This document shows, piece by piece, positions 13,190-25,500 of a stretch of 64,000 nucleotides of DNA (the stretch's first letter is position 1; each line of letters starts with the position of its first letter). Source of the DNA: the human T2T-CHM13v2.0 reference genome, Homo sapiens; NCBI GenBank assembly GCA_009914755.4, contig CP068257.2, forward strand, positions 6,368,001 to 6,432,000. Reading direction: 5' to 3'. Both the position numbers and the translations under genes were made by a program. The notes beneath the pieces were generated by a model that saw only the letters and a program-made list of their open reading frames with translations, did no database searches and was not told the DNA's origin.

Positions 13190-13450
13190 AGCAGATCAGG
13201 TATTTTGCGATCTGTCCCCTATCTCATCTTTGAACTCATCTTGTACCAAAGTCTTTCTCTCCAATTAGGTACCAGCCACCCTTGCCTTCTTTTAGGTAAT
13301 TGTCTGTAAGGTTGAGTCTACATATCATAGACAAAGAATTTTTATTTCCACACCCCACCCTCAGCCTCACCTAACCAGACCTGCCTGTTCAAACTGTGTC
13401 CCTACCACACATAGTAGGCCCTCAAATATTGGTTGAATAAGTAAATGGAA
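13190..13450 (+). mobile_element. MIR (ancient tRNA-derived SINE) fragment
   Basis: The 3' portion ...accacacatagtaggccctcaaatattggttgaataagtaaatgg resembles the MIR core/3' consensus ...ACAGTAGGCGCTCAATAAATATTTGTTGAATGAATGAATG. Confidence 0.55.
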
Positions 13451-14785
13451 AACGCAAAAATGGAGGCATTAAGGATGAGAAAACTTGAGGACACAGAAGA
13501 CGTATTAGATTTTGAATGATATCGATGATAAAATACAATCAGATGTTGCTCTTAGAAGCATATGATCCCTAAAGGATAGAAAATGACTCATTTATTATTT
13601 ACTCAGCCCATAATTATTAATTAGTCACCCACTATATTTGGATTTAAGAGTGGAAATTACCAGTGAAGAAGGTATAGCTCCAATAACAGTGTAAGTAAAG
13701 AGACAGAAAGACATGGGGAAAAGATAATCACTAGTACAAACGGTTCAAGAGTCACCTCATACTTGATGTTGCCTCCTCAGCATGTGTGGTTTACAAGCGG
13801 TCCCACAAAGATCAATGATCTGCTAGAGCAAGCGTGATACATGCCATTGTCTGAATCTCAGTGCAGCTTTGTACTTTTCAACATAATAACTCTTCTGAAT
13901 TGATCAAGAAGAAAGCAGCTTTAATAAATGTTGAAAGGAGTTAATTTGGGGTTTGGATGTATGATTCAAGGGACGACCAGGGGCCTCTACAAATATTCCA
14001 GTTTGTGGGCTTGTGAGTCTTAAAGAATTCTAAGAATAGCAAGAGTCTATCATATATCATAAACAGAAGGGAACAAAAAAGTCACATAAATCCAGAAACA
14101 TAGTGAATTCCTGATAGAAGTGTTTAAACTCTATGCAGCAGTAGTAAACTAGCTTGAACTTAGCTAAGAGTGAAATAATGAAGGATGTAACTATGCAAGA
14201 TAGACTGCAGTGGAGACACTAAGCCCCTGCTTCATAGAGCTCACATTCCAGTGAAGGGCACCAACAGAAAACAAAGAGGGAAAATATATACATTATGTTA
14301 GGTGGTGGTCTTAAGGAGAAAAAATGAAGCAGTTAAAGAGGTTAGGAAGTGGTTTTTGGGAGTGTGGGAGAGTGGTAAAAGTTTAGATAGGGTGGCCAGG
14401 GAAGCCTTTACTCAGCTGCCATTTGCTAACAACCTTTATGCAGCGAGGAAGATAGCCATTTGGATATCTGAGGGAGGAACATTTCAGACATACAGAAGGG
14501 TGAACACCAAGTCCCAGAGGCAGGCATCTGCCATGGTGTTTGAGGAATAGCAGGGGAGCCATCAGGCTAGAGAAGGCTGAAGGAGGAGCTGTTGCAACTG
14601 AGGGCGGAGAGGCGATGGGTCCAGATCATAAAGTGATTGTTGGTCCTCTTAAGGATTTTGGTTTTTCCTCAGAGTGAGATGAGATGGGAAGTATTGGAGA
14701 CTATTGAGCAGAGGAGACATGAGCTGACTTTAATAGGATGACTCTGACTGCAGGCTTGTGACCTGATTGTAACAACAAATGTTTT

Positions 14786-15108
14786 TCTCTTTTTTTGTTT
14801 TTTATTTTTTGATACAGAGTCTCTAGGAACTCCAGCTCTGTTCCCTGGGCTGGAGTGCAGTGGCCCAATCTCAGCCCACTGCAACCAATGCCTCCTCTGT
14901 TCAAGGGATTCTCCTGCCTCAGCTTCCCAAGTAGCTTGGAATACAGGTGCGTATCAGCATGCCTGGATAATTTTGTACATTTTTTTAGAGATGGGGGAAG
15001 GTCTTCCTATGTTGCCCAGGCTGGTCCCAAACTCCTGGCCTCCAGTGATCCTCCCGACTTGACCTTCCAAAGTTCTAAGATTACAGGCATGAGCCATGTC
15101 GCCTGACC
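14786..15108 (-). mobile_element. Full-length Alu, reverse orientation
   Basis: Poly-T, then gatacagagtctctaggaactccagctctgttccctgggctggagtgcagtggcccaatctcagcccactgcaacc ... ccaaagttctaagattacaggcatgagccatgtcgcctgacc. Confidence 0.9.
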
Positions 15109-15256
15109 ATTTTTTTTATTTTATATTTTCTCTTTTTTAGAGATGGGGATCTCACTATGTTGACCAAGCTGGCCTTGAACTCCTGGCCTCAAGTGATCTT
15201 CCCATCTCAGTCTCCCAAAGTGCTGGGATTACAGGCATGAGCCACTGTGCCTGGCC
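15109..15256 (-). mobile_element. Alu left-monomer fragment, reverse orientation, abutting the previous Alu
   Basis: T-rich start, then agagatggggatctcactatgttgaccaagctggccttgaactcctggcctcaagtgatcttcccatctcagtctcccaaagtgctgggattacaggcatgagccactgtgcctggcc. Confidence 0.85.
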
Positions 15257-15345
15257 TCTTTGTTTTTGTCAAGTTTTTGAGGTGTAAGTGTTCTTTATAT
15301 ACTCAATATTAAGCAATACCCTGTCTCTTAAAAACAAAATGATAC

Positions 15346-15640
15346 AGCCAAGCGTGGTGGCTCATGCCTGTAATCTCAGCATTTTGGGAGGCCGAGGTGG
15401 GTGAATCACCAGAGGACAGAAGTTCGAGACCAGCCTGGACAACCTGGTGAAACTCCATCTCTACTAAAAATACAAAATTGGCTGGGTGTGGTGGAACATG
15501 CTTGTGATCCCAGGAACTTGGGAGGGTGAGGCAGGAAGAATTGCTTGAATTTGGGAGGGAGAGGTTGCAGTGAGCCAAGATCATGTCACTGCACTCCAGC
15601 GTTGGACAACAAAATGGGATCTCCATCTCAAAAAAAAAAG
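15346..15640 (+). mobile_element. Full-length Alu with poly-A. It is the last interspersed repeat before the satellite block.
   Basis: agccaagcgtggtggctcatgcctgtaatctcagcattttgggaggccgaggtgggtgaatcacc ... gtcactgcactccagcgttggacaacaaaatgggatctccatctc, then 10 A's. Confidence 0.9.
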
Positions 15641-18600
15641 CTATTAGTCCCTTACCAGATATACGATTTGCAAATATTTTCTTACTTTCTGTAGGTTGTC
15701 TTGTCTTGATACTGTATGTCATTTTTTATGCTCTTTTATTTTTTGTTCTTACTGTTCCCTCTTTTATTTGTCTAAGCACTTTAAGTAATATTCTTTTGCG
15801 TGCTATATAATCATTCAAGTGGCTGAAATCCAACTAACCCATTTTTCTCCTATTGACTATTCCTCATGACGGATTATTTCTTCAGATATTTGGTAACATT
15901 TGCTTAACTGGTTTTAAATTATGAAAATTGAGAAAGATTCTTTACTTCGTGAAACTTTGGTCAGGCTCCTAAACCTTCTCTGGAAAGGAATTGAATGGAA
16001 TGGAATGGAATGGAGATGAATGGAATGGATTCCAATGAAATGGAATGGAATGGAGTCGAATGGAAAGAAACGGACTTGAATGGAATGGAATGGAATGGAA
16101 TGGACTCAAGTGGAATGGAATGGACTTGAACGCAATAGAATGGAATGGAATGGACTCGAAAGGAATGGAATGGAATGAACAGGAATGGAATGGAATGGAA
16201 TGGAATGGAATGGAATGGAATGGAAAAGTGGAATGGAATGGACTGTAACGGAATGCAATAGACTGGAGTGATATGGAATAGAAAGGATTCGAATGGAAAG
16301 GAATGGACTCTAGTGGAATGGAATGGAATAGAATAGGCTCGAATGGAATGGAGTGGAATGGATTCGAATCAAATGGAATGGAATTGAATGGATTCTAGTC
16401 AAACGGAATGTAATGGTATGGAATGTACGCGAACGGAATGGAATGGAATGGAATGGACTCGAATGGAATGGAATGGAATGGAACGGACAGGAATAAAATG
16501 GAATGGAAGAGATTGGAATGGATTGGAATGGAATTGAATGGAATGCAATGGACTCGAATGCAATGGAATGTACTCGAATGGAATGGAATGGAATGCAATT
16601 GAATGAACTCGAATGGAATAGAGCAGAATTTACTGGATTGGAATATAATGGTACAGACTCTAATGGAATAGAATGGAATGGATTCAAATGGAATAGAATG
16701 GAATGGAATGGACTCGAATGGAATGGAATGGAATGGACACAAAAGGTATGGAATGGAACGGGATGGAATGGAATGGACTGGAATGGAAGGGAATGGAGTG
16801 GAGTGGAATGCAACGGAATGGACTTGAAGGGAATAGAATGGAATGGAAAGGAATGGACTCGAATGAAATGGAATGGAAAGGACTCAAATGCAATAGAATG
16901 GAATCGAATGTAATGTAATGCAATTGAATGGACTCGAATGGAATGGACTCAAGAGGAATGGAATGGAGTGGACTCGAAAGAAATGGAATGCAGGGGAAGG
17001 AACTCGAATGGCATGCAATGGAATGGAATAGACTCGAATGGAATGGAATGCAATGGACTCGAATGGAGTGGAAAGGAATGGACGCGAATGGAATGGAATG
17101 GAATGGAGAGGAATGGAATATAATAGAATGGAATGGAATAGAATGGAATGGAATAGAAAAGAATGGAATGGATTTTAATCGAATGGAATGGAATGGAATG
17201 GACTCGAATGGGGTGGAATGGACTCGAATGGAATGGAATGGAATGGAATAGATTCGAGTGGAATATAGTGGAATAGTCTCGAATGGAATTCAAAGGAATA
17301 AACACCAATGGAGTGGAATGGACATGAATAGAAAGGAAAGGAAATGACTCGAGTGGAATGGAATGGAAAGCAATGGAAAGGAAAACAAATGACTTGAGTG
17401 GAATGGAATGGAATGAAATGGAATGGAATGCAATGTTCTCGAATGCAATGGAATGGAATTGACTCGAATAGAATTGAAAGGAATGGACTCGAATAGAATG
17501 GAATGGAATGGAATGGGATCGAAAGCAATGGAGTGAAGTGGACTGGAATGGAATGGAAAGGACTTAAATGGACTGGAATCGAATGGAATGCAACGGAATC
17601 GAATGGGATGGAATGGAATGGAATGGAATGGGATGGAATGAAATGGAATGGAATGCAATGGGATGCTATGGTATGGATTGGAATGGACTTGAATGGAATA
17701 GAAAGGGATGGAATGGAATGGAATGAATTTAAAAACAATGGAATGGAATCCAATGGAATGGAAAGGCCACGAATGGAATGGAATGGAATGGAATGGAATG
17801 GACTCGAATGGAAAAGATTGGAGTTTAGTGGAATGGAATCTAATGGAATGGAATGGAATGGATTCGAATGTAATAGAATGGAATCGAATGGAAAGGAATG
17901 TTCTGTAATGGAATGGAATGGAATGGAATGGAATCGAATGCAATGGAATTTAAAGGACTCGATTGCAATGGAATGTACTCGAATGGAATGGAATGGAAAG
18001 GAAACAACTCGAGTGGAATGAAATGGAATGGAATGGAGTCGCATGTAATGGAATGCAATTGAATGGAATCAAATGGAATGGAATGGAATTGACTCGAATG
18101 GAATTGAATGGAATGGACCAGAATGGAATTAAATGTAACGGAATGGACACAAATGAAATGGACTCGAATGGAATGGAAAGGAATGGAATGGAATGGAATG
18201 GAATGATTTCGAATCAAATGACATGGAATGGACTCGAATGGAATGGGTTGGGATTGGATGGTCTCGAATGTAATGGAATGGAATGAACTCAAATGGAATG
18301 GAATGGAATAGAATAGACTAGAATATAATGGAATGGAAATGGCTCGAAAGGAATGGAATTGATTCGAGTGGAATAGAATGGACATGAAAGGAATAGAATG
18401 GAATGGACTCAAATGGAATGGAATGGAATGGACTCAAATGGAATAGAGTGGAATGGAATGGAATCGAACACAATGCAATGGAATGGACTCGAACAGAATG
18501 GAATGGACTCCAGTGGAATGGAATGGAATGGTATGGTCTCAAAAGGAATGGAATGGAACGGAACAGACACAAATGGAATAGCTTGGAATGGAATCGAATC

Positions 18601-21600
18601 TAATGGAGTGGAATGGAATGGATTCGAATGGAATGGAGTGTAATGGAATCGAACGGAAAGGAATGGAATTGAATGGACTCCAATGGAATGGAATGGAATT
18701 GAATGGACTCAAAATGAATGGATGAGAATGGAATGGAATGGAATGGAATGGAATGGAATGGACTCGAATAGAATGGAAGGGACTCGAATGGAGTGGAGCC
18801 GAATGGATTCGAAAGGAAGGTAATGGAATGGAATGGAAAGAACTCGAATGTAATGGAATGGACTCGAATGGAATGGAAGGGACACAGAGTGTAGCCGAAT
18901 GGATTTGAATGGAATGGAATGGAATGAACTCGAAGGGAATGGAATGGAACTGAATGAAATGGACTCGAATGGAATGGCATGGAATGGAGTCGATGGAATG
19001 GAATGGAATGGAATGGCATAAAATGGAATGGAATGGAATCGAATGTAATGCAGTTGAATAGAATGTACCTGAAAGGAATGGAGTGGACTGGAATGGAATG
19101 AAATGGACTTGTATGGAATGGAATGGAATGGAAGGGAACGGACTCAAATGAAATGGAATGGACACGAAATGAATGGAATGGAATAGAATCGACTAGAGTG
19201 GAATGGAAAGGAATGGACTTGAATGAAATGGAATGCAGAGGAATGGACTGGAATGGAATGCAATGGAATGAAATAAACTCGAATGGAATGGAATGGAATG
19301 GAATGGACTCGAATAGAATGGGATGGAATGGACCTGTATGGAATGGAATGGAAGGGAAGGGAACAAAACGGAAAAGAATAGATTGGAATAGAATGGAATG
19401 GAATGGAGTGGACTCAAATGGAATGGAATGGAATGGACTCGAATGGAATAGAATGGAATTTACTGGATTGGAAACTAACAGAATTGACTCTAAAGAAATG
19501 GAATGGAATGGACTCGAATGGAAGCGAACGGAATGGAATGGACTTGAATGGAATGGAATGGAACGGAATGGAACTGAATGGAATGGAGTTGAATGCAATA
19601 GAATGGAATGGAATGGACTCGAATTAAATGGAATGGAATGGAGTCAAATGGAATGGAATGCAATGGAATGGAATGGAATGGACTCAAAAGGAATGGAATG
19701 GAATGGAATCAAGTGGAATGGAATGGACTCGAATGCAATGGAATTGAATGGAATGGAATCGAATGAAATGGAGTGAAATGGACAAAAATGGAATGGAATG
19801 GAATGGAATGGAATGGAATGGAATGGAATGGAATGGAATGAAATAGAATGGAATGGAATGGACTTGAATGGAATAGAATGGAAAAGAATGGAATGGACTC
19901 GAATGATATAGAATAGAAAGGACTCGAATGGAATGGAATATACGCTAGTGGAGTGGAATGGAATAGAATGGAATCAAATGGAATGGAGTGGAATGGAATT
20001 CAATGGATTCGATTCAAACGGAATGTAAAGGAATGGAATGGACTCGAATGGAATGGAATGGAATGGGCTTGAATGGAATGGAATGGAATGGAAAGGAATA
20101 AAATGGAATGGAATCGAATGGAATGGAATGAAATGGACACGAAAGTTACGGAATGGAATGCGATAGAATGGAAGGGACTGGAATGGAAGGGAATGGAATG
20201 GAGTGGAATGGAACGGATTGGACTTAAATGGAATAGAATGGAAAGGAAAGGAATGCACACAAAGGAAATTGAATGGAAAGGACTCAAATGCAATGGAATG
20301 GATTCGAATGGAATGATATGGACTTGAATGTAATGGAAAGGAATGGACTCAGGTGGAATGGAATGGATTGGACTCGAATGAAATGGAATGCATGGGAAAG
20401 AACTCGAATGGCATGCAATGGAATGGAATAGACTCGAATGGAATGGAATGGAATGGACTCGAATGGAGTGGAATGGAATGGACATGAATGGAATGGAACG
20501 GAATGGAATGGAATAGAATGTATTGGAATGGAATGGAGAGGAATGGAATGGAATGGAATGGAATGGAATGGATTGGAATAGAATGGAAAAGAATGGAATG
20601 GAATAGAAAAGGAATGGAATGGAATGGAATGGATTTTAATCGACTGGAATGGAATTGAATGGAGTCGAATGGAGTGGAATGGACTCGAATAGAATGGAAT
20701 GGAATGGAATGCACTCGAGTGGAATAGAGTGGAATTGACTCGAATGGAATTCAATGGAATGAACTCCAATGGAATGGAATGGACCCGAATGGAATAGAAT
20801 GGAATGGAATTCAAACGACTTGAGTGGAATGGAATGGATTGCAAAGGAATGGAAAGGAAATTAGTGGAGTGGAATGGAATGGATTGGAATGTACTCGAAT
20901 GGAATGGAATGGAATTTACTCGAATGGAATAGAAAGGAATGGACTCGAATAGAATGGAATGGAAAGGAATGGACTCGAATGCAATGGAGTGGAATGGACT
21001 CCAATGGAATGGAAAGGAATTGACTCAATTGGAATAGAATGGAATGGAATAGACTCTAAAGGAATGGAATGGAATGGACACGAAACGTATGTAATGGAAT
21101 GGACTGGAATGGAAGGGAATGGAAAGGACAGGAATGGAATGGAATGCTATGGGATGGTAAGCTTTGGATTGGAATGGACTTGAATGGAATAGAAAGGGAT
21201 GGACTGGGATGAATTTAAACAGAATGGAATGGAATGGGATGGACTCCAATGGAATGGAAAGGCCACGAATTGAAAGGAATTGAATGGAACAGACTCGAAT
21301 GCAATAGATGGAAATTTAGTGGAATGGACTCTGAAGGAATGGAATGGAATGGAATTGAATGTAATAGAATGGAATGGAATGGAAAGGAATGTAATTTAAT
21401 AGAATGGAATGGAATCAAATGGAATGGAATTTAAAGGACTTCAATGGAATGAAATGTACTCAAATTGAATGGGATGGAATGGAAACGACTTGAGTAGAAT
21501 GAAATGGAATGGAATGGAATCGAATGTAATGGAATGGGATTGAATGGACTCGAATGGAATGTAATGGAATGGAATGGCATGGTCTCAAAAGGAATGGCAT

Positions 21601-23599
21601 GCAATGCAGTTGAATGGACTCAAATGGAATGAAATGGAATTGACACGAATGGAATTGAATGGAATGGAACGGAATGGAATTAAGTGTAATGGAATGGACG
21701 TGAATGAAATGGAAATAAATGGACTCGAATGGACTCGAATGGAATGGAATGGAAAGGAATGATTTCAAATCAAAGGACATGGAATAGACTCAAACGGAAT
21801 GGGTTCGGATTGGATGGTCTCGAATGTAATAGAATGGAATGGACTCAAATGGAATGGAATGGAATAGAATGCCCTCGAATATAATAGAATGGAATTGGCT
21901 CAAATGGAATGAAATTGATTCGAGTGGAATGGAATGGTCACGAGTGGAAGAGAATGCAATGGATTCGAATGGAATGGAGTGGAATGGAATGGACTCTAAT
22001 GGAATGGAATGGACTCAAATGGAATATATTGGAATGGAATGGACTTGAATTCAATGGAATGGAATAGACTTGAATGAAATGAAATGGACTCGAATGGAAA
22101 GAAATGGACTCCAGTGGAATGGAATGGAATGGTAAGGTCCCGAAAGGAATGGAAAGGAATGGAACGGATTCAAATGGAATAGAATGGAATGGACTCGAAT
22201 CTAATGGAGTGGAATTGAATGGACTCATATGGAATGGAGTGTAATGGAATTGAGAGGAATGGAAAGGAATTTAAAGGACTCAAATGGAATGGAATGGAAT
22301 TGAATGGACCCAAAAGTTATGGATAGGAAAGGAATGGAATGGAATCAAATGGAAAGGAATGGAATGGACAGGAATGGAATGGAAGGGACTCGAATGGAAT
22401 GGAATTGAAAGGAATCCACTCGAGTGAAAAGGAATTGAATGGAATGGAATGAAAGTGAATGGAATGGAATGGAATGGAATTCACTCCAATGGAATAGAAT
22501 GGAATGGACTCGAAGGGAATGAAATAGAATGCAATGGACTCGAATGGAATACAGTGGAATGGAACAGAATGGAAAAGAATGGAATGGAGTCCAATGGAAC
22601 GACGTGGAATGGAATGGACAAGAATGGAATTGAGTGGAATGGACGCGAAAGGAGTGGAATGGAATTGAAAGGACAGGAATGAAATGTAATGGAATGCAAT
22701 GGAATGCAATGGAATGGAATGGAACGGAATGGAATGCAATGAAATGGAAAGGAATGGAATGGAATCAAATGGAATGGAAAGGAATGGAATCGAATGGAAA
22801 GGAACGTAATGGAATGAAATGGGATCGAATGCAATGGAATGCAGTGGAATGGGCAGGAATGGAATAGAATGGAAACGAAAAGAATGTAATGGAATGGAAT
22901 GGACTCCAATGGAAATCAACCGAATTGAATGGACTCGAAAAGAATGGAATGGAATGGAATGGAGTGGAATGATATGGACTAGAATAGAATGGAATGGAAT
23001 AGAATGGAAAGGAATGGTTTCAAATGGAAGTGAATGGAAAGCAATGGAATGGACCCAAATGGAATGGAATGGAATTGACTCAATTGGAATAGAATGGAAT
23101 GGAATAGACTCTAAAGGAATGGAATGGAATGGACACGAAACGTATGGAATAGAATGGGATGGAATGGAATGGACTGGAATGGAAGGGAATGGAACGGAGT
23201 GGAATGGAAGGGAATGGAACGGAGTGGAATGGAAAGGAATGGAATTGAATGGAATAGAAGGCAATGGAATGGAATGGATTCCAATGAAGTGGAATGGAAA
23301 GGAATCGAATGCAACAGAATGGATTCGAATGGAATGGAATGGAATGGAAAGGACTCTAAAGGAATGGAACGGAATGGACTCAAGTGGAATGAAATGGAAT
23401 GAACTCGAATGGAATAGAATGGAATGGAATGGAATGTACTCGAATGGAATGGAATTGAATGGACACGAATTGAATGGAATGAACTGGAATGGAATGGAAT
23501 GGAGTGGAATGGAAAGGAATGGACATGAAGTGAATAGAATGGAGTGGAATGGAATGGACTCGAATGAAATGGAATGGAAAGGACTTGAATGCAATGGAA

Positions 23600-25500
23600 T
23601 GGACTCGAATGGGATGTAATGGATTGGTATGGACTCGAACAGAATGGAATAGAATGGACTAAAGAGGAATGAAATGAAATATATTCGAATGGAATATAAT
23701 GGAAGGGAAAGGGCTTGTATGGAATAGAATGGACACGAATGGAATGGAATGGAATGGAGAGGAATGGAATGGAATGGAATGGAATGGAATGGAACGGAAA
23801 GGAATGGAATGGAATGGAATGGGCTAGAATGGAAGAGAATGGAATGGAATGGAATGCACTCGAATGAAATGCAATGCAATGGACTCGAATGGAATGGAAT
23901 GGACACGAGTGGAATGGAATGGAATCGAATAGACCAGAATTGAAAGGAATCAAATGGAATTTAATGGCATGGAATGGAATGGAATGAACTTGAATGGAAT
24001 GCAGTGGAATGGATTCGAATGGAATGGATTGGAATTGAATGGACTCGAGTCGAACGGAATGTAATAGTAAGGAATGGACTCGAATGGAATGCAATGGAAT
24101 GGAATGGAATGAAAGGGACTCAAAGAAATGGAATGGAATGGAATGGACTCAAAAGAAATGGAATGTAAAGGACTCGAATGGTAAGGAATGGACTCGAATG
24201 TAATGTTTTAGAATGGAATATACTCGAATGGAATGGAATGCAATGGACTCAAGTGGAATGGAATGGAATGGACTTGAATGGAATAGAATGGAAAGTACTC
24301 GAATGGAATGGAATGGAATGGTCATGAATGGAATGGAAAGAATTGGAATCGAATGGACTGGAATGGAATGGAATGGAATGGACTGAACTGGAATGGAATG
24401 GAATGGAGAGGAATGGAAAGGAATAGACATGAATGGAAAAGAATGGAGTGGTATGGAATGGACTCGAATGAAACGGAATGGAAAGGATTGAATACAATGG
24501 GATGGAATCGAATGGAATGTAATGAATTGGAATGGACTCCAATGGAATGGAATGGAATGGACTAAAGAAGAATGAAATGAAATATATTCGAATGGAATAT
24601 AATGGAAAGGAAAGGGCTCGTATGGAATGGAATGGACACGAATGGAATGTAATGGAATGGAATGGAATGGACTGGAATGGAATGGAATGGAAAGGAATTG
24701 AAAGGAATGGAATGGGCTAGAATGGATTAGAATGGAATGGAATGGAATGAACTCAAATGAAATGGAATGGAATGGACTCAAATGGAATGGAATGGACAAG
24801 AGTGGAATGGAATAGAATCAAATGGAATGGAATGGACAAGATTGGAATGGAATAGAATCAAATGGAATGGAATGGAAAGGAATCGAATGGAATTTAATTG
24901 AATGGAATGGAATGGACTCGAATGGAATGCAGTGGAATGGATTCGAATGGAATGGATTGGAATTGAATGGACTCGAGTCGAACGGAATGTAATAGTAAGG
25001 AATGGACCCAAATGGAATGGAATGGAATGAAAGGGACTCGAAGAAATGGAATGGAATAGAATGGACTCGAATGAAATGGAATGGAAAGGACTCCAATGCA
25101 AAGGAATGGACTCGAATGGAATGGAATGGAATGGAATGGACTCGAATGGAATGGAACGGAATGGACTCAAGTGGAATGGAATGGAATGGACTCGAATGGA
25201 ATGGAATGGAATGGACTCGAATGGAATGGAATTGAATAGACATGAATGGAATGGAATGAAGTGGAATGGAATGGACTTGAATGGAATGGAATGGAATGGA
25301 CTGGAATGGAATGGAAAGGAATGTAATGGAGTGGAATGGAAAGGAATGGACATGAATGGAATAGAATGGAGTGGTATGGAACGGACTCGAATGAAACGAA
25401 ATAGAAAGGATTGAATATAATTGGATGGACTCGAATAGAATGTAATGGATTGGAATGGACTCGAATGGAATGGAATGGAATGGACTGGACTCGAATGGAA
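23600..25500. repeat. Higher-order repeat of about 0.9 kb within HSat3, at least 3 copies
   Basis: Near-identical landmark strings recur at an offset of about 905-930 bp. ggactaaagaggaatgaaatgaaatatattcgaatggaatataatgg is at about 23,655 and 24,559. actcgagtcgaacggaatgtaatagtaaggaatggac is at about 24,040 and 24,965. gacatgaatgg...gagtggtatggaa(t/c)ggactcgaatgaaacg is at about 24,426 and 25,357. Confidence 0.8.
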
